DNA of 61,446 nucleotides, filler included, from Sphacelaria rigidula (Eukaryota), in NCBI GenBank assembly GCA_964200075.2. It is 6 parts of 6 records of this genome, joined end to end, with 100 filler letters (N's around TTAATTAATTAA, not from the genome) between each part and the next. Parts side by side here need not be neighbours in the genome. Positions count along the whole stretch, not along the records: positions 51,290 to 61,446 come from CAXNAA020007018.1; 5 more parts are not named here. One strand, 5' to 3'. Below are positions 61,146 through 61,446 of this stretch, one piece after another; the first letter of the stretch is position 1; each line of letters begins with the position of its first letter. The notes under the pieces were generated by a model. The model saw only the letters and a program-made list of their open reading frames with translations. It was not told the origin of the DNA and did not search any database. A program made the translations under genes and the position numbers.

Positions 61146-61446
61146 CTAAGTGAGGAGGGGGGGCGGGGGGAGGAGGCGGGGGGTTTCAGGGGTGCAGGAT
61201 TCGCAAAAAGTATATCAAGCAATATGCACGTGCTGGAAGTGAGGATACACACAGGTTCAAAAACGCAACAATGTTTGAGGCATGCGAAATCTTTCCAAAA
61301 CAAAAGTTGATGCGCTGATTGGAATACTGGTCATACATAACGCAGGGGCGCAAGGATGGAATCTCGGGAGGCGGTGGGGGGGGCGTACTCATTTGTTGCT
61401 TGCCTTAGTCGTTTAACCATTGACCACGCATCCCTTTCGAGACGGA

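Overview
Eukaryotic, intron-rich genomic DNA, most consistent with a brown alga/stramenopile (inferred from GT-AG introns, a flagellar dynein-2 gene, TTAGGG tracts and the repeat landscape). The window is not one locus. It is six contigs of almost identical length (10,157-10,158 bp) joined by 100-bp N-TTAATTAATTAA-N spacers, so adjacency across spacers means nothing. Contig 1 holds a decayed Ty1/copia retrotransposon. Contig 2 holds a SAP-domain INCENP-like gene head-to-head with a CIP2A-like gene. Contig 3 holds nine exons of cytoplasmic dynein-2 heavy chain (DYNC2H1). Contig 4 holds a 5-exon methyltransferase/MYND-like gene and a long-TIR Mutator-like element with a 9-bp TSD. Contig 5 holds a nest of MITEs, a LINE RT fragment and two exons of a Pro/Thr-rich protein. 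Contig 6 holds tRNA-Cys(GCA) and the 3' part of a TOPBP1/Cut5-like BRCT gene. The most notable signals are: three different MITE families sharing one TIR grammar (GAnnnnnn-CTACGRTAG, 4-bp TSD); an approximately 125-bp poly-G-anchored repeat at 5 of 12 contig ends; and the INCENP-CIP2A bidirectional promoter with three CAACGG (MSA-like) sites. All family assignments are by motif recognition only; no database searches were run.
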